Assembly: GCA_964291215.2 (NCBI GenBank)
Contig: OZ219790.1
Span: 1,600,001-1,664,000, forward strand
Origin: Alphaproteobacteria bacterium
Lineage (GTDB): Bacteria > Pseudomonadota > Alphaproteobacteria > MPNO01 > UBA830
DNA: 64,000 bases
Reading direction: 5' to 3'
The notes beneath the pieces are model-generated. The model worked only from the letters and a program-made list of their open reading frames with translations, was not told the origin of the DNA and ran no database searches. Positions 59,991-64,000 of the stretch are shown one piece after another (the first letter of the stretch is position 1; the number at the start of each line of letters is the position of its first letter). The translations under genes and the position numbers were made by a program.

Positions 59991-62733
59991 GTGGGGGGGG
60001 GCTAGCCCCCCAGTGAAACGCGGCGCCATCGTGCTATCCCATGGAGCTGTAAACATTCATGGAGAGTAACTGCTCACCCCCTGGTTCCGGCTTGATGTCG
60101 GGGTAGAGCAACAAACGGGGTTTCGTGGAGATTTGACACTGCAGGCCGATTCGTTTAGTGGTGGTCATCGAGAACGATGGGGACCGCCAGTGGGCTACTT
60201 TGGATCGAAGGCGACGAGCGGGCTGTGCCAGCTGCTTCCGGGGCTCCAGCCCCCGCATGATCTGTATGTGGAAACGCATCTCGGAGGCGGCGCGCTGATG
60301 AAGCGCAAGGCCGGGTGATGGCGACGGGCGGCGCGCGAGGAGTTCGAAGCGGCCAAGACCGCGGCGCTGCCGGCAAGGTGGCGGAAGAGGCCGTGATCCG
60401 CGTCTTCGTCATCCTGCTCGACATCATCATCGTCGTCCTTCTGGAGAAGACCACGCACGAGCCGGAACTCCGGTCTGCCGCCGTCACAGACGGACAAGAG
60501 CGTGCCGGGAGCAAGGGCCCGAAGCCGAACCGGCAGATGGGCGACAACCTGCGCAAGACCATCGTCGAGGAGACGGTCGCGGCCTGCGACGCCTGCGGCG
60601 CCGACATCGACGGCCCCGTCGATCGGGAGCGCCGCGTCCTCTATGACATCGTGTTCGAGGTAGTCGAGCGCCGCACCGAGATCAAGAAATGCCCGAAGTG
60701 CAAGGCCCGGGGCCGGTTCCCCGACAACATCCCGTGCAGTACGGCATCGGCATTCAGGCCCTCGTCATCAACCTACTGGTCGCCCAAATGCTGTCCCTGC
60801 GCCGTGCCGTCGCGTTCGTGCAGGCGATCTCCGGCATCAAGCTCTCCGAGGCCTCGGCTATGCTTTCACGATGCGTCATGGGAGGAGGCCGCCGTGGCGC
60901 ACCTCCTGCAACGCCCGATGTCGACGATTTCGGATCAACAGTAAGTGGCTTCATGTCGTGGGACCCTGACGTGCAAGTTCCCGCACCGCAAGCGCGGCCG
61001 GGAGGCAAGAGATCGGCATCATCCCGTGCTACAAGGGCGTCCTGGGCCTCGTACATGGGCTATAACCAGTGTAGCCACCAGTTGTGCGGCAGCCACCTGC
61101 TGCGCGAACTGACCTTTGTTGTCGAGGCTACCGCGCGACTGATGAAGAGCCTGCTCCGCGAGGTCTGCCACAAGGTCAACAAAAGCGCATCCAAGACCCT
61201 GAACGACGCCGGGCCGTGCGCAAGCGCTACCGCACTATCCTCACTCAGGGCGCCAAGGAACTGCCCGACATCCCGCCGCCGCCGAAAGGAAAACGTGGAC
61301 GCAAGTCCGACGCGCACAACCTGCACGAACGTCTCGTGAAACACGAAAACCTGCGCTTCACAGACGACCCCAACGTCAGCTTCACCAACAATGCCGGAGA
61401 ACAGAAAATCAGGATGGCAAAGTTCAAGGTGTCCGGATGCTTCCGCTCCACGCAAAAGCATGGTGCCGGAGCTCAAGCTACCTCACCTCCATGGCCGCAC
61501 TCGGCTACAACCCACTCGTCGCCACCCAGATCGCCCTCGACGGAAAAGCCGCAGACATCATCAACGAGCACTATGAATCAGAACCCAACAAGGGGTGAGT
61601 AGATACCATGGAGAAAGCGAATGGACCTGCGACACACTACGACGATCGGGACTGTTTTGGAACATCTGATCGCAAACGGAGCAACGGATCTGGGGCGGAT
61701 CTTTGGTCAGCTCTTCGAGCTTGCGATGCAAATCGAGCGCGAGCAGCACTTGAAAGCGGGCCACCGGACACCGGAGCGACAGGGCTATGCCAACGGCTAT
61801 AAGCCCAAACGGATCGACACCCCCACTGTTACCGTTCAGGTGCCAAAGACGGCCGGTCACGGGGACGACCCGTCCCCAGTCGCTTGAACGCGGCCAGCGA
61901 TCTTCTCGCGCCGTGGCCGTAGCTGAGATGTACATCAAGGGTGTTTCCACGAGGCAGGATGTAATGCGCGAGTTCGGGAGCCTGTCCTCTTCTCAGGTCA
62001 GCCGGGCCACCAGGTTGCTCGATGAAGAACTCGCCGCGCAACCGGCCCCTGATGAAATACCTGGATGCGCGCTATGAAAAAGCCCGCCATGACGGCGTTG
62101 TGCGCGATGTTGCAGTGCTCTCGGCCATCGGAATAGGGGCTGCAGGCACGTTCTGGGGCTCTCTGTGGCGCTCTCCGAGGCCGAGGTCCATTGGAAAGCC
62201 TTCCTGGAAAGCTTGCAAACCCTGCATGGTACGACCTTCATCGTCTCGGATGCCGGGTTGAAAGCGGCACGACGCGCGGTGCTGGGCGCGGCGATGTGGC
62301 AGCGCTGCCAGTTCCACCTGGCGCAAAACGCCGTGCACCGAACAACGGCATCAGGAAACGTATCGGAAAACAGCTCGGAGCCACGCCTCCTCACTCCAAA
62401 CCGCCGAGGCTGAACCGGGCACCCTCGTGGCCAGCTATCGCGACAAGCATCCAGGCTTCCTGGCTGGAAAACAATGCGGGGCTCGCTGTCTTCACCTTGC
62501 CCGATGCTCACCACAAGCGCATGCGAACCTCGAACGGCATCGAGCGACCGATCCGGCAAGAGCTCAAGCGGCGCACCTCCAAAGTCAGGGTCTTTCCGAA
62601 CCTCGCCTCGTTGGAGCGCTTCTCAACCGCGGTCCTCATCGACGAAAAATGGGAAACCGAAACCAAGGCATACATCAAATGGGAGCAGCTCGATCAGCTT
62701 CACGACAATTTCCAGACATCAGGTTGCGTAATC
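59991..62733 (+). mobile_element. Degenerate IS256-family element, copy 2 (left end lost; interrupted by IS66-B copy 3)
   Basis: Closely homologous to 9900-11064; same right end. Confidence 0.9.
60066..61606 (+). mobile_element. IS66-family element type B, copy 3
   Basis: Both ends present; 8-bp TSD CATGGAGA. Confidence 0.92.
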
Positions 62734-62735
62734 AA

Positions 62736-63363
62736 ATTTGACACTGCAGGCCGATTCGTTTAGTGGTGGTAATCGAGAACGACGGGGACCGCCAGTGGGC
62801 TACTTTGGATCGAAGGCGACGAGCGGGCTGTGCCAGCTGCTTCCGGGGCTCCAGCCCCCGCATGATCTGTATGTGGAAATGCATCCGGGAGGTGGCGCGC
62901 TGATGAAGCGCAAGGCCGGGTGATGGCGACGGGCGGCGCGCGAGGAGTTCGAAGCGGCCAAGACCGCGGCGCTGCCGGCAAGGTGGCGGAAGAAGCCGTG
63001 ATCCGCGTCCTCGTCATCCTGCTCGACATCCTCATCGTCGTCCTTCTGGAGAAGACTACGCACGAGCCGGAACTCCGGTCTACCGCCGTCACAGACGGAC
63101 AAGAGCGTGCCGGGAGCAAGGGCCCGAAGCCGAACCGGCAGATGGGCGACAACCTGCGCAAGACCATCGTCGAGCGCCGCGTCGACGCCGAGATCAAGGA
63201 ATGCCCGAAGTGCAAGGGCCGGTTCCCCGACAACATCCCGTGCAGTACGGCGTCGGCATCCAGGCCCTCGTCATCAACCTGCTGGTCGCCCAAATGCTGT
63301 CCCTGCGCCGTCGCGCTCGTGCAGGCGATCTCCGGCATCAAGCTCTCCGAGGCAACCTGCCTC
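62736..63363 (+). mobile_element. IS66-B copy 4 (continuation of the left end at 59563-59637; 3'-truncated)
   Basis: Resumes at ATTTGACACTG, where the 59563 end stops. Confidence 0.85.
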
Positions 63364-63540
63364 GACCACTCGCCTCCGCGCCCGATGGCACGGGCCTCCG
63401 TCGCCGCCCACAGGCGCCGCGCACGTTCGTTCAGAACCGGACGCAACACCACAAACTTGGATCGCAGCGTATCGACCATCGCTTCCATGACATCATCGAT
63501 GGCAGATCCACACCAAAAAATAACCTATTTTGGCGAGAGA
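63364..63540 (-). mobile_element. ISAzo13-family transposase N-terminal fragment
   Basis: LRSKFVVLRPVLNERARRLWAATEARAIGRGG from 63488. Confidence 0.75.
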
Positions 63541-63554
63541 CCTAAGCACGTCTG

Positions 63555-63845
63555 CGGGCGGGCGGACAGCGGTCTCGGTCAGTGGTTCGACCACGGCCTG
63601 CCCGCGGCCGCATCCGCTGCGGCGCCGGCAGAGGCGGAGGTGGGGCACGGGTTCGGCCTTGCCGGTCCGAGCCTCTGGCGGTGCTCACCCCCTGGGCCGG
63701 GCTGAGCCTGGCGGGCGCACGCTGCGGCTCGGCACCCGCTACCACATGGACGCGGGGCTTTCGCTCGGCCTCAAGGGCGCGCACCGGCCGGGTCCGGCTC
63801 CCGAAGACAGCCTCATGCTGCGCGGCGCGCTGCGCTGGTCGAACG
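63555..63845 (+). pseudogene. C-terminal beta-barrel fragment of an autotransporter-like outer membrane protein
   Basis: EAEVGHGFGL...LTPWAGLSLA...RTLRLGTRY...LSLGLKG...LMLRGALRW in shifted frames. Confidence 0.5.
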
Positions 63846-64000
63846 CCCGGAGATGGCGCGTCAGGTCTCCGACATGCAGTTTGGCATTTCATTGCTCTAC
63901 CCCGACATCAAGCCGGAACCAAGGGGTGAGCAGTTACTGCTGCACAGGCGTTTTCATGTCTGTCCAATAGTCGGCAACCAACTCGGGCGGAACGTGTCCT

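Larger units (their letters stand above)
59563..63937. mobile_element. Composite element bounded by two inverted IS66-B left ends
   Basis: GTAACTGCTCACCCC at 59563 and GGGGTGAGCAGTTAC ending 63937; 8-bp TSD TGCTGCAC on both flanks. Confidence 0.85.

Noticed and set aside
59981-59994. 14-mer CGACTATCCGGTGG identical to the 5' exon of intron 1, also at a breakpoint
   Set aside because: No intron sequence follows; the junction is explained by G-run microhomology with IS256, so probably coincidental.
15815-63937. Dispersed 45-78-nt repeat GTAACTGCTCACCCCCTGG... as a CRISPR repeat or ncRNA
   Set aside because: Not arrayed with spacers; it is the IS66-B left end, shown by paired right ends and 8-bp TSDs.

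Overview
High-GC window, most likely from an alphaproteobacterium (Rhodospirillales-like: tRNA-His keeps G-1/C73; uvrD-prmA-pepP, mlaA/mlaC and an actP-type symporter cluster are present). Intact metabolic and housekeeping genes and three tRNAs (His, Arg, Thr) alternate with dense nests of dead mobile elements at about 2.9-5.1, 9.8-11.1, 13.9-19.7, 27.9-29.9, 49.2-57.2 and 59.6-64 kb. The nests hold two IS66 types, IS256, IS30, ISAs1, IS4, IS1634, ISAzo13, MITEs, three nested group II introns and a serine-recombinase element. The most striking signal is that multicopy mobile elements are peppered with short deletions (mostly 5-7 nt, usually between 2-5-nt direct repeats). These recur at the same sites in different copies in a pattern no simple tree explains, while neighbouring host genes, and even an IS-disrupted single-copy gene, are almost free of them. 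This may be a repeat-targeted microdeletion process; gene conversion or an assembly artefact must be excluded. Also notable: a candidate UxxC selenoprotein (DsbA/FrnE), a triple-nested group II intron, an IS66 carrying a Dam-like methyltransferase, and a composite transposon bounded by two left ends. Family assignments come from motif recognition by eye, not from database searches.
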